NCBI GenBank assembly: GCA_944392255.1
Contig: CALXVY010000004.1
Location: forward strand, 6,766 to 70,765
Length of the DNA: 64,000 bases
Reading direction: 5' to 3'
Source of the DNA: an uncultured Alphaproteobacteria bacterium
GTDB lineage: Bacteria > Pseudomonadota > Alphaproteobacteria > RF32 > CAG-239
Under the pieces are notes generated by a model. It made no database searches. It saw only the letters and a program-made list of their open reading frames with translations, and had not been told where the DNA came from. Each line of letters opens with the position of its first letter. The stretch's first letter is position 1. Position numbers and translations under genes: made by a program. Below are positions 46,974 through 56,783 of this stretch, in pieces.

Positions 46974-47561
46974 AAAACTAGCTTTCTTGATTTGTAATTT
47001 TATTATCTAAATTTTTCTCTTTAACTTTTTGTAAAAATGCTATCAAGTAAGAATCATAGCTATGATTCCATTGTATTAACTTAACAAAAGAGATAAGAGT
47101 TTCTTTATGAGATGAATGCTCAATTCCAAACTTTCGTCTCAAAAAACGTTTGATACATCTATAACATCTCAGCCATTTTGATGGATTTAAAACAATTATT
47201 TTATCTGCTTGAATTTCGTTGAATATAGCGATGGATAGTTAACCTTTAGCAATCTATGTTTCTGGCAATTTCAGCTAAAAAAAATAAATTCTTCACCATT
47301 ACTCTATCCTTATAAACATGTTTCTAAAATTATTTATAAGAACAGATAAAAATCTATTAGAAAAGTACGCTGAAATTAAATATCATTCATAAATGAGCGT
47401 TTATTTTATATATTTTGGAGTCCATCTTACATAGATTCTTTTTAATTGCAAGACAAAAAATTTTTTATTTAAACATTAAAAAAACAAAGGCTTCTCTTAA
47501 TATAAGAGATTATGTCTTTACAAATTTATGCACAATCGCTGATTTTTGAAGATTACACCAA

Positions 47562-48149
47562 ATGTTTGTTGGATACATACCACATAATCAAGATCAAGCA
47601 GATTATGCTGTTCAATATCAAAGTCTTAACTCTTTTGCCAAAGAGAATGGCTTTGTCATTGGATGTATTCACTCTAGTAATAATTTTGAAAATGTTAAAA
47701 GCATTCTTCAAGCTGATTGTGAAGGTATCCTTATTAACAAAATAAGTAATATCGGTCCTTATTTACAAGACATCAAAGAAAATCTTCAGTTTTGTCAGGA
47801 AAGGAATCTGAAACTATATTCTATTGATGATGGGTATAGTTTTGATAACTCCAATTTGACTGAAGATTTTTTCAATGGAATGGATGTTGCTATTGATATT
47901 CGCAGTCACTTAATTTCACAATCCACAAGAAAAGTTTTAAGTCAACGTAAGAAAGAAGGCAAAAAACTTGGTCGCCCATTCGGTGCAAAAGTCAAATCCA
48001 AATTAGAAAACAATTCAGAAAGAATTTTGCAAATGCTTGATGATGGTATTTCGAAGTCAGAAATAGCCAGACAATTAGGTATTAATCGTGCATCAATCTA
48101 TGCCTTTGCCATAAGACATGGGATTTCTTTTAGCAGAACATCTTTTTAA
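47562..48149 (+). CDS. Resolvase/invertase-like protein lacking catalytic residues, with intact C-terminal HTH
   Basis: Colinear with serine recombinases, but GYxRVSTxxQ is replaced by GYIPHNQDQ and DRLGR by SNIGP. The HTH is ISKSEIARQLGINRASIYAF. Confidence 0.6.
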   Translation: MFVGYIPHNQDQADYAVQYQSLNSFAKENGFVIGCIHSSNNFENVKSILQADCEGILINKISNIGPYLQDIKENLQFCQERNLKLYSIDDGYSFDNSNLTEDFFNGMDVAIDIRSHLISQSTRKVLSQRKKEGKKLGRPFGAKVKSKLENNSERILQMLDDGISKSEIARQLGINRASIYAFAIRHGISFSRTSF

Positions 48150-48166
48150 TAGGAGTTTTTTATTTT

Positions 48167-49465
48167 ATGAAAGTAGGAATTATTGGAACAGGATATGTTG
48201 GATTACCCACTGGTGTTGGTTTGGCAGAATTAGGCAATCAGGTTACTTGTATAGATAGAGAAATAAGTAAAATTGATGCCTTAAAAGCCGGAAAGATTAC
48301 TTTGTATGAAGATGGTTTAGAAGATCTGTTCCACAAAAACGTTAAGGAAGGAAGATTACATTTTACCACTTCTATGAAAGAAGGTGTTGAGGATGCTGAT
48401 TTAGTTATTATTGCTGTTGGAACCCCTCCTCATCCAGTTACTAAAGAAGCTGATATGAAATATATTCATGCCGCAGCTACCGAATTGGCTGAATATTTAA
48501 CTGGGTATACTGTTATTGCTACAAAATCAACAGTTCCGGTAGGTACAGGTGATGATGTTGAAGCCTTAATACAAAAGAAAAATCCCTTTGCAGATTTTGA
48601 TGTTGTATCTTTGCCGGAGTTTTTGCGCGAGGGTTTTGCTGTGCATGACTTTTTCCATCCAGACAGAATTGTTGTGGGTGCAAATACAGAGAAAGCTAAA
48701 AATGTTATTAAAGAACTCTACAAACCCTTTGAAGGTAAAACCAACATGTTGTTTGTAAAGCGTCGTTCTTCAGAGACAATTAAATATGCTTCTAATGCCT
48801 TTTTGGCAATCAAAATTCATTATATTAACGAAATGGCAAATTTCTGCGAAAAGACCGGTGCCGATATTTATGAAGTATCAAAAGGCATGGGATTAGACAG
48901 TCGAATCGGACCAAAATTCTTGAACCCTGGACCGGGATATGGCGGAAGTTGTTTCCCCAAAGATACAATGGCAATGTCTTATATGGCGCGTCAAAACAAT
49001 GTTGATATGACTTTGATTAATGCGGCCATTGTCGGTAATAGCAATCGCAAAAAACAAATGGCTAACCGCATACTGGATGCCGTTAAGGAGATTGAAAAGC
49101 CCAAAATTGCGGTTTTAGGTTTGGCCTTCAAAGATGGCACAGATGATTGCAGAGAGAGCCCTGCGATGGAAATTGTCGGAGAGTTGTTGGAGCAAGGTGC
49201 TGATATTACGGCTTATGACCCTAAAGCCATGGGAACAGCATGTATGTTGGTCGGTAATAAAATTCAATATGCCGACAATATGTATCAAGTTTTGCAAGAT
49301 GCGGATGTTTTGGCAATTTTAACCGAATGGAATGAATTCAAAACATTGGACTTAAACAAAGCCAATGAATTGATGAAACATAAGAAAATTATTGATTGCC
49401 GTAATTTGATTGATGGCAAACAAGCTAATGACTTAGGTTTTGAATATCAAGGAATAGGAAGATAA
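48167..49465 (+). CDS. ugd: UDP-glucose 6-dehydrogenase family nucleotide-sugar dehydrogenase
   Basis: MKVGIIGTGYVGL and the catalytic GGSCFPKD. Confidence 0.9.
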   Translation: MKVGIIGTGYVGLPTGVGLAELGNQVTCIDREISKIDALKAGKITLYEDGLEDLFHKNVKEGRLHFTTSMKEGVEDADLVIIAVGTPPHPVTKEADMKYIHAAATELAEYLTGYTVIATKSTVPVGTGDDVEALIQKKNPFADFDVVSLPEFLREGFAVHDFFHPDRIVVGANTEKAKNVIKELYKPFEGKTNMLFVKRRSSETIKYASNAFLAIKIHYINEMANFCEKTGADIYEVSKGMGLDSRIGPKFLNPGPGYGGSCFPKDTMAMSYMARQNNVDMTLINAAIVGNSNRKKQMANRILDAVKEIEKPKIAVLGLAFKDGTDDCRESPAMEIVGELLEQGADITAYDPKAMGTACMLVGNKIQYADNMYQVLQDADVLAILTEWNEFKTLDLNKANELMKHKKIIDCRNLIDGKQANDLGFEYQGIGR

Positions 49466-49479
49466 TAAAGGAGTTTTTT

Positions 49480-50475
49480 ATGAAAGCAAAAGTATTAGTA
49501 ACCGGCATGGCTGGATTGTTAGGAAGCAATTTTACACGATATCTCTTGTCTGAAGGATATGATGTTGTTGGAATAGATGATTTTTCAGGCGGTTATAAAG
49601 AAAATTTAGTTGATGGGGTTAAATGTGTTAATATCAATTTAGCAGATTTAGAAGCGGTTGATAAGTTTTTTGCAGAAGAAAAACTTGATTATGTGTATCA
49701 TTTTGCAGCCTATGCTGCTGAAGGATTAAGTCCATTTATTCGTAAATATAATTATACTAACAATTTAATTTGTTCAGCAAATTTGATAACTTCATCAATC
49801 AACCATAATGTAAAGAAATTTATTTTTACGTCATCGATGGCAACATATGGTAGAGAAAATACTCCTCCGTTTACAGAAGATATGCAGCCTAAGCCCATTG
49901 ATCCGTATGGTGTTGCAAAATATGCCGTAGAAATGGATTTAAAATTAGCCAAAGAACAATTTGGTTTAGATTATACCATTATTCGTCCTCACAATATTGT
50001 TGGAAAATATCAAAATATTTGGGATAGATATCGTAATGTTATAGGCATTTGGATAAGAAAATCTATGCATAATGAACCATTGACTATTTTTGGTGATGGT
50101 CTGCAAACCAGAGCTTTTTCAGATGTTAAATATTATTATAAACCATTTGAGCAAGTGATGTTTGATTATGGAGGCGAAATTTTTAACTTGGGTGCAGATA
50201 AAGAGCGTACCATTTTAGAGGCAGCACAATTAGTTCAAAAATGTGCCGCTAACTTTGGTTTCCATCCAGAAATAGTTCATTTTGAACCTAGACATGAAGC
50301 AAAATTTGCATTTTGCAATCATGATAAGGCAAAAAAACTTTTAGGTTTTCACGATGGTACTAATTTGGAACAAACAATAAACGAAATGTTTGAATGGGCT
50401 TTAACCCAACCAGACCATCCGGTCAAAAACATGACCTATGAAACTGAAAAGAAAATCTATTCATTCTGGAGATAA
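49480..50475 (+). CDS. NAD-dependent nucleotide-sugar epimerase/dehydratase (SDR)
   Basis: VTGMAGLLGSNF Rossmann motif and the YGVAKY (YxxxK) catalytic motif. Confidence 0.85.
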   Translation: MKAKVLVTGMAGLLGSNFTRYLLSEGYDVVGIDDFSGGYKENLVDGVKCVNINLADLEAVDKFFAEEKLDYVYHFAAYAAEGLSPFIRKYNYTNNLICSANLITSSINHNVKKFIFTSSMATYGRENTPPFTEDMQPKPIDPYGVAKYAVEMDLKLAKEQFGLDYTIIRPHNIVGKYQNIWDRYRNVIGIWIRKSMHNEPLTIFGDGLQTRAFSDVKYYYKPFEQVMFDYGGEIFNLGADKERTILEAAQLVQKCAANFGFHPEIVHFEPRHEAKFAFCNHDKAKKLLGFHDGTNLEQTINEMFEWALTQPDHPVKNMTYETEKKIYSFWR

Positions 50476-50481
50476 AAGTAA

Positions 50482-52131
50482 ATGGACAAATATGATTTTA
50501 TATTTTCTTTAGGAAGATGTTGTCATACCAGTATGATTTTAAGGGCAGAAAATCTTCAATGCGAAAGCTTTCCCTTAGATTGGTTAAAAGTATATATGTT
50601 ATTAGATGAAGATAGAAAGCATACCAAGTATAGCGGCTTTGATACAGCAATGGACTTATTGTTATCTGATTTTAAAGATTTTTGTAATAAAGAAGATTTA
50701 CTGATAAGAAACAATAATAATTTATTTCATGAATGGGTATATAATAAAAGAAATGGTTTGAGTTTTTTTCATGATTTACCCAAAGGCGAAAGTATCGAGA
50801 ACGGATGGTCAGAAGTTCAAAAAAAATATCAGAGGCGAATAGAAAAATTTCTTAATAGAATGGAAAACTCAGAAAAAGTATTAGCTGTATATACACAAAA
50901 TACTTACGATCAAATATATCCAGATTTAATAGCTCCTATTCCGGATGATATATTGAAAAGTTATTGGAATAAATTATGTCAAAAGTATCCAGGAAAAATT
51001 TTGGACCTCCTTATATTTGAGCATAAAAAAAATATGTGTGGAGTTATTTCAAAAGAAATAAAATGCAAGGAAGGGCGTATAATAAAAATTATAAGTGATC
51101 ATACAAAGATTAAAGACAATGATATTTATGCAAGAATGTGGACAGATCCTAAAGCAGGACATCAAGAAATAATATCAATTTCAGAATATCTTCAAACAAA
51201 AGTAGGTAGGTCAAGTATGCAAAAAGAAATACCAATTTTTATATCAGGTGATGAAAATTATGCTCCATATATAGCCGTCTTAATTGCCAGTGCTTGTTAT
51301 AATACAAAATCTTTTTTGAAATTTTATATTATTGGAGATCCTATATTTTCTTTTACACGAAAACAGATAGAGTCAATGAAAAACAAATTTAATAATTTTG
51401 ATATTGAATTTCTGGATATCGATATGGAAAAAGAATTTTCATCATTCCGGCAAGCAAGTTCCTTTGCCGCAGCTCCGTATTGGAGTAATACAACATATGC
51501 ACGAATTTTAATTCCTAAGTTAAAACCAGATATAAAAAAAGTTATAAATTTGGATGCAGATGTAATTGTTCTGGGCGATTTACAAAAGATGATTGATGTT
51601 GATTTAGATGGCTATGCATTAGGTGGAGTCCCAGATAACTATATGATTAATCAGTGCTTGGCAAAAGGTGATAATTATATGGATTTTTCAAAAGAAATGT
51701 TGGAAAAGTATTTTAATGCCGGCGTCCTTATTTTTGATTGTGATATTTGGCGAGAAAAAAATATCATAGAAGAATTATTTAAAATCCAAGCAAAATATAA
51801 AAATAAATTGAAATATGTAGAACAAGATTTATTAAATAAATATTTTGATAATAATTACAAATTAATTGGGACTGAATTTAATTTAATGAATTCAAGTATT
51901 TCTACATTAATGAATTGTCCTCAAAAATACAAGGGACTTGCGTATAGAAAATGGGATTGCATAATTCGCCATTTTGAGGGACCGATGAAACCATGGCATT
52001 ATAATGAAAGATCTTTTTCTCCATCTTTTACGTGTAATACTATAAGTTTTGAGGAGTTTTGGTTTTATGCATCAATGACTCCGTTTTTTGAAGGTTTAAA
52101 AATGAAATTTCAAAGCAAGAGGTTTTTCTAA
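50482..52131 (+). CDS. Fusion protein: N-terminal DUF1796-like domain + C-terminal GT8 glycosyltransferase
   Basis: N-terminus: YDFIFSLGRCCHTSMIL...FPLDWL. C-terminus GT8 motifs: NLDADVIVLGD (DxD), FNAGVLIFD, EQDLLNKYF and HFEGPMKPW. Confidence 0.7.
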   Translation: MDKYDFIFSLGRCCHTSMILRAENLQCESFPLDWLKVYMLLDEDRKHTKYSGFDTAMDLLLSDFKDFCNKEDLLIRNNNNLFHEWVYNKRNGLSFFHDLPKGESIENGWSEVQKKYQRRIEKFLNRMENSEKVLAVYTQNTYDQIYPDLIAPIPDDILKSYWNKLCQKYPGKILDLLIFEHKKNMCGVISKEIKCKEGRIIKIISDHTKIKDNDIYARMWTDPKAGHQEIISISEYLQTKVGRSSMQKEIPIFISGDENYAPYIAVLIASACYNTKSFLKFYIIGDPIFSFTRKQIESMKNKFNNFDIEFLDIDMEKEFSSFRQASSFAAAPYWSNTTYARILIPKLKPDIKKVINLDADVIVLGDLQKMIDVDLDGYALGGVPDNYMINQCLAKGDNYMDFSKEMLEKYFNAGVLIFDCDIWREKNIIEELFKIQAKYKNKLKYVEQDLLNKYFDNNYKLIGTEFNLMNSSISTLMNCPQKYKGLAYRKWDCIIRHFEGPMKPWHYNERSFSPSFTCNTISFEEFWFYASMTPFFEGLKMKFQSKRFF

Positions 52132-53288
52132 TGACAAATGAAACAATATCTGTATGTCTATGTTGCGATTTAACTTATTTAAAATATACATGCACAACGA
52201 TTGCAAGTATAGCTTATAATTCAAAAAGTAAAATTAATTTTTATATACTTTATCAAGATATCTCAAAAAATATGCAGGATATAATGAAGAGTTGGTTAAG
52301 AGAAAATTTTTCCAACTGTTCTTTAACTTTTTTAGATGTGTCTCCTTATCTAAAAGAATTAAATGTTAAACAAGTCAATCGTTTCAATTCGTTAGTCTTT
52401 GGAAGATATTTTATTCCAGAATTACTACCAAATGTAGACAAAGCTATTTATTTAGATAGTGATATAATCTTATTAAATGATATTGCTAAATTAAATAAAA
52501 TTAATATAGGCGAAAATGCAGTAGCCGGTGTTTATGAATATTGGCAAGAAAATATAGATTGGGGAAATAAAATAAAGAACAATTTAAAGTATATGAATTT
52601 ATCTAAAAAACATAGATATTTCTCATCTGGAGTACTTGTAATAGATTGTCAGAAATGGAGACAGCAAAATATAACTCAAAGTTTGTTAGAAACCTATAAT
52701 CAATATAGAGAGCTTACGCAATATCCGGATCAAGATCCGTTAAATAAATTGTTTGAAAATAATTATCTCGAACTAGATCCAATTTATAATACGACAGAAC
52801 AAACTATTATATATTTTCAAAACAATGCAACTCTAGATGAATATAATTTTCTGAAAAATAATATAGTTATTAGGCATTTTGCCGGAGATAATAAACCTTG
52901 GAATCAAGTGTTTTTATATAAAGACAAAAACAATAAAGACTGTTCCGATAATTTTAATGATTGGTGGTTCTTTGCATCTATGACGCCATTTATTAGCTCT
53001 TTAGAAAATTCATTTTTAGAAAAGCAAATGATAGATTTTAAAAAATATAATTTATCTAATATACAAAAACAGCAAGATATTCATTCAAATAACAAGTATA
53101 ATATTTCTTATAAGTTTTTAGGGATTATTCCTTTATTCAAGGTAATAAAAAATAAAAATAAAATTACATATAATATATTTGATAAAATTGTATTGCTAAA
53201 GATAAAAAACAAAAAAAATAAAACAACATATAATTTATTTGGTTTCTTGCCTCTGATTACCATTAAGAAAAAGGAATATAATAAGTGA
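52131..53288 (+). CDS. GT8 glycosyltransferase with three C-terminal ~20-aa basic/hydrophobic repeats
   Basis: YLDSDIILLND, FSSGVLVID, PDQDPLNKLF and HFAGDNKPW. The tail has the repeats SYKFLGIIPLFKVIKNKNK / TYNIFDKIVLLKIKNKKNK / TYNLFGFLPLITIKKK. Confidence 0.75.
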   Translation: MTNETISVCLCCDLTYLKYTCTTIASIAYNSKSKINFYILYQDISKNMQDIMKSWLRENFSNCSLTFLDVSPYLKELNVKQVNRFNSLVFGRYFIPELLPNVDKAIYLDSDIILLNDIAKLNKINIGENAVAGVYEYWQENIDWGNKIKNNLKYMNLSKKHRYFSSGVLVIDCQKWRQQNITQSLLETYNQYRELTQYPDQDPLNKLFENNYLELDPIYNTTEQTIIYFQNNATLDEYNFLKNNIVIRHFAGDNKPWNQVFLYKDKNNKDCSDNFNDWWFFASMTPFISSLENSFLEKQMIDFKKYNLSNIQKQQDIHSNNKYNISYKFLGIIPLFKVIKNKNKITYNIFDKIVLLKIKNKKNKTTYNLFGFLPLITIKKKEYNK

Positions 53289-53825
53289 CTGATATTATAA
53301 AAAAATATGATTTTATTGTTTCTTTGGGGCGCTTTTGCCATACAACAGCTATGTTAAATAACAATAATTTAAAAATAATAGATGGTCCATGGGATTGGAC
53401 AAGCTTTAAAGAGCAATTTCCTCAAGTTGCAAAAAAGTACCAAAGACGAGCTGAACGAGTTTTGAATTTTATTAAATATAGTGATAGCATTTTATTGGTA
53501 TATATGAATAATATAGCCGATCAACAAAGAAACTTACCTCTTGATGAAAAAAAAGTTCTCCGCGTGATGAAAAAGTTAAGGAAAAAAATATCCAGATAAA
53601 ACAATAGACTTATATATGTTTGATCATGATGAAAAGTTTCATGGAGAAAATTTTCAAAGAGTTGTTTTAGATGTCGGAATCATAAGGTATTTATCTAATC
53701 ATAATGATGTTTACCCAGCAACAGATAAAGACCCCCGACATATAGCAGATGGGTTAATGATGCTAATTTCAATTTGTTATATTTTGAGTAAAATTGGATT
53801 AACAGATAAACATAAAATGATATAA
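53285..53825 (+). pseudogene. DUF1796-like paralogue interrupted by a frameshift at an A7 tract (and carrying an internal deletion)
   Basis: ORFs 53285..53599 and 53616..53825 together align with residues 1-~215 of the 50482 protein. Removing one A from 53582-53588 gives ...KKLRKKYPDKTIDLYMFDHDEKF, compared with the paralogue ...NKLCQKYPGKILDLLIFEHKKNM. Confidence 0.6.
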
Positions 53826-53835
53826 AGGAAAATAA

Positions 53836-54867
53836 ATGCCTAAGATATCCATAATCATACCTTTTTACAATGCTGAAAAATATATAGAGCGTTGTTTAGA
53901 TTCTGTTTTAGCACAGACTTTTACAGACTTTGAAGTCATTTGTGTTGATGATGGTTCTAAAGACAATACTTATCAAATATTGCAAAATTATGCAAAAAAA
54001 GATGGTCGTATCAAAGCCTATATTCAAGAAAACGGCGGTCCATCTGCCGCTCGACGAAATGCTTTATCTAAAGCAACCGGTAAATACTTGATGTTTTGTG
54101 ATTCTGATGACTGGTTTGAGCCGAATATGTGCCAAACATTGTTCGAGGCAATTGAACAAAATGATGTAGATGTTGTTTGCTGCAATGCACAAGTATCAGA
54201 TGAAAAAGATAATATTCAAAGAACCGATCATCTTGAATATTATATCAATAAGCAAAATGGAATACATCAAATTTCTAATGAAATTATACAAAAGACAAAC
54301 GTACTTTTGTGGAATAAGATTTGGAAGAAATCTCTTATTGACAAATATCAAATAGATTTTCCGCCATGCCGAGAATATGATGATAGCTGTTTTTTTATGC
54401 AATATATGTCTGTAGCTAAAAAAATTATGTATCTTGACGATAAGTTATATAATTATTTTCGTAGGCAAGATTCGGTTATGGGAAAGGTTGCTCAAAAGAA
54501 AGATAAAACTTATTTTGATAAGTTATATACCGCAAAGTTTTATTTTGACTTTTTAGAAAAACATAATTTATTTCTTCAAAATAAGAATTCTTTTTTTTAT
54601 TATCTTTGTGAGATACATCATTTTGGATGTTTACGATGGAAAGAAAAGGATTGGTTACAAGCAAAGCATATTTTTAATGAGCTTTTTCCTGAAAAAATTG
54701 GTTTACAAAATTTTATTTTTTATAAAAAGATAAAATTTTGTTGCGGAATTGAGTTGCAAATCTTAAATATTTTAAAGGAGAGTCATATCTATAGAAAATA
54801 CGTAGTTCAAATAGGTAAATTAAAGCTAAAATTCAAATGTAGAATAAAAAAGGAAATTTGGATATGA
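53836..54867 (+). CDS. GT2-family glycosyltransferase
   Basis: ISIIIPFYNAEKYIERCLDSVLAQTF, VDDGSKDNT and FCDSDDW. Confidence 0.85.
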   Translation: MPKISIIIPFYNAEKYIERCLDSVLAQTFTDFEVICVDDGSKDNTYQILQNYAKKDGRIKAYIQENGGPSAARRNALSKATGKYLMFCDSDDWFEPNMCQTLFEAIEQNDVDVVCCNAQVSDEKDNIQRTDHLEYYINKQNGIHQISNEIIQKTNVLLWNKIWKKSLIDKYQIDFPPCREYDDSCFFMQYMSVAKKIMYLDDKLYNYFRRQDSVMGKVAQKKDKTYFDKLYTAKFYFDFLEKHNLFLQNKNSFFYYLCEIHHFGCLRWKEKDWLQAKHIFNELFPEKIGLQNFIFYKKIKFCCGIELQILNILKESHIYRKYVVQIGKLKLKFKCRIKKEIWI

Positions 54868-55793
54868 TATCTATAATTCTTCCAATTTATAATGTTGAAA
54901 AATATTTATCTAAATGTTTAGATAGTTTATTGGAACAAACATATGATGATTTTGAATTGATTTGTGTAAATGATGGAAGTACGGATAATTCCTTAAATAT
55001 TTTACAAAATTATGCGTCTAAAGATTCTCGAATAAAAATTATTAATCAAAAAAATCAGGGACAATCTATGGCTAGAAATAATGCTCTTGAAAAAGTGCAA
55101 GGTGATTATATTGCTTTTATAGATTCAGATGATTGGGTCGAAAAAGATTTTTTAGAAAATTTGATATCATCAGCTCAAAAAAACGATGCAGATGTTGTCC
55201 AGTCTGGTTATATTCAATGCAATAAAATATTTGTACGAAAAGAAAAAACTTGTATTTCTTTTGAGAATATTATGGAAGAAATGCAGAAATGTTTTGTTTG
55301 GAATAAATTATGGAAGACAGATTTTGTTAAAAAGAATCATCTATATTTTCTTCCTAATGTAACATATCAAGATGTATTTTTTTGTTGTATGGCATCTTTT
55401 TATTCAAAATCTTGGAATATAATTAATTATGCCGGTTATCACTATGTTGTTAATCCCTTATCAGCAACACAGAATCAAAGCTTTGAAAAAATTAAAAAAA
55501 GAAGATCGGATAAACAATTTGTTTGCTCAGAAGTTATAGACTTTTTTAAGCAAAAAAATTGCACGTCCAAAGAACTCAACTCTGTTGAAAATTTTCTTAT
55601 TTCTCAATTACTTGAAAATTCGGATTTAATCAATATAGATACTTATAAAGCTTATAAAAGAATATTCGGAAACAACAAATTACTTATAAAAAAGAGACAT
55701 AAAGCCATGAGAAAATGGCTATTTCAATTTTCATTCAAAAAGAAAAAATTTATTCTTCTGGGGCATTCTTTTTGGAAAAATAATAAAATATAA
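54858..55793 (+). CDS. GT2-family glycosyltransferase
   Basis: ISIILPIYNVEKYLSKCLDSLLEQTY, VNDGSTDNS and FIDSDDW. Confidence 0.85.
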   Translation: MDMISIILPIYNVEKYLSKCLDSLLEQTYDDFELICVNDGSTDNSLNILQNYASKDSRIKIINQKNQGQSMARNNALEKVQGDYIAFIDSDDWVEKDFLENLISSAQKNDADVVQSGYIQCNKIFVRKEKTCISFENIMEEMQKCFVWNKLWKTDFVKKNHLYFLPNVTYQDVFFCCMASFYSKSWNIINYAGYHYVVNPLSATQNQSFEKIKKRRSDKQFVCSEVIDFFKQKNCTSKELNSVENFLISQLLENSDLINIDTYKAYKRIFGNNKLLIKKRHKAMRKWLFQFSFKKKKFILLGHSFWKNNKI

Positions 55794-55921
55794 TGCGATA
55801 TATCTTATTATTTAAATTTAAAAAGAGATTATTTTGTGGAAACATAAAAAATTTGATCTATTTTATATTGATATAATCTATTATTGATATAGTATATTAT
55901 ATCAATATAACATAAAAAATT

Positions 55922-56632
55922 ATGGTAAGAAAAATGATGTTTCTTAAAACTAAAAAAAACGCCCTAAAATTAGCAACAGAATTGAAATTTATTAAACAAG
56001 AATTACAAAATATAAGAAATTGGCAGTGCAATTTTTATAAAGATATTCCAGAAAAATTTCCTTTAAGATTAAGTGAAAAAGAACAAGAAGCTTTAATTAA
56101 TTATTTGAAAAATTCAAATAATTATCTTGAGTTTGGTTCTGGAGGATCGAGTTTTTTAGCATTATTAAATTCAAATGCAAAAGTTTATTCCGTTGAATCT
56201 GATGAAACTTGGATAGATTACTTACGGACATGGAAATTTATTAGAAAAAATGAAGAAAACAAAAGAATATTGTTTAATGTTGTAAATATTGGTAGTACCA
56301 AGGAATGGGGATATCCGGTCGATGATAGTAATCGAGAAAAATTTCCTGATTATTCTATGAATATTTTTAAAAATTTAAATAAAATTAATATAGATACCGT
56401 ATTTATTGACGGTAGATTTAGAATAGCTTGCGCTCTTGCTGCGCTTATAAATTATCCTAACGCTATAATTTTAATTCATGATTATACATTTCGCAGCAAT
56501 TACCATGTTTTGGAACAATATTTGGATAAAATTGAAACGATAGATACCTTAAGTATTTTTAAAATAAAAAAAGATATCGACAAACAGGTTTTGTATAAAG
56601 CTTACAATCAATATAAATATGATATAGATTAA
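55922..56632 (+). CDS. Hypothetical protein, possibly a class I SAM-methyltransferase-like (DUF579-like) polysaccharide-modifying enzyme
   Basis: YLEFGSGGSSFLAL...VYSVESDETW...VFIDGRFR suggests a Rossmann-type SAM-binding fold. The assignment is tentative. Confidence 0.4.
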   Translation: MVRKMMFLKTKKNALKLATELKFIKQELQNIRNWQCNFYKDIPEKFPLRLSEKEQEALINYLKNSNNYLEFGSGGSSFLALLNSNAKVYSVESDETWIDYLRTWKFIRKNEENKRILFNVVNIGSTKEWGYPVDDSNREKFPDYSMNIFKNLNKINIDTVFIDGRFRIACALAALINYPNAIILIHDYTFRSNYHVLEQYLDKIETIDTLSIFKIKKDIDKQVLYKAYNQYKYDID

Positions 56633-56783
56633 TATTTTTAATTATTGCGCAAAGACTATCAATGGTTAAAAATAAAGCCCTATTTGATTAAGTTCTTGTC
56701 GGGCTTAGATTGTTAGCATTAACACACCATTATCTTTGATTGCTCATTAACTATTTATATCATGCCGTGTATTTTCTCCAATT

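Noticed and set aside
55850-55921. Palindrome ttgatata-N6-tatatcaa and direct repeat tattgatata upstream of the 55922 ORF as an operator
   Set aside because: The sequence is almost pure A/T, so short palindromes of this kind are expected by chance. The signal is too weak to call.
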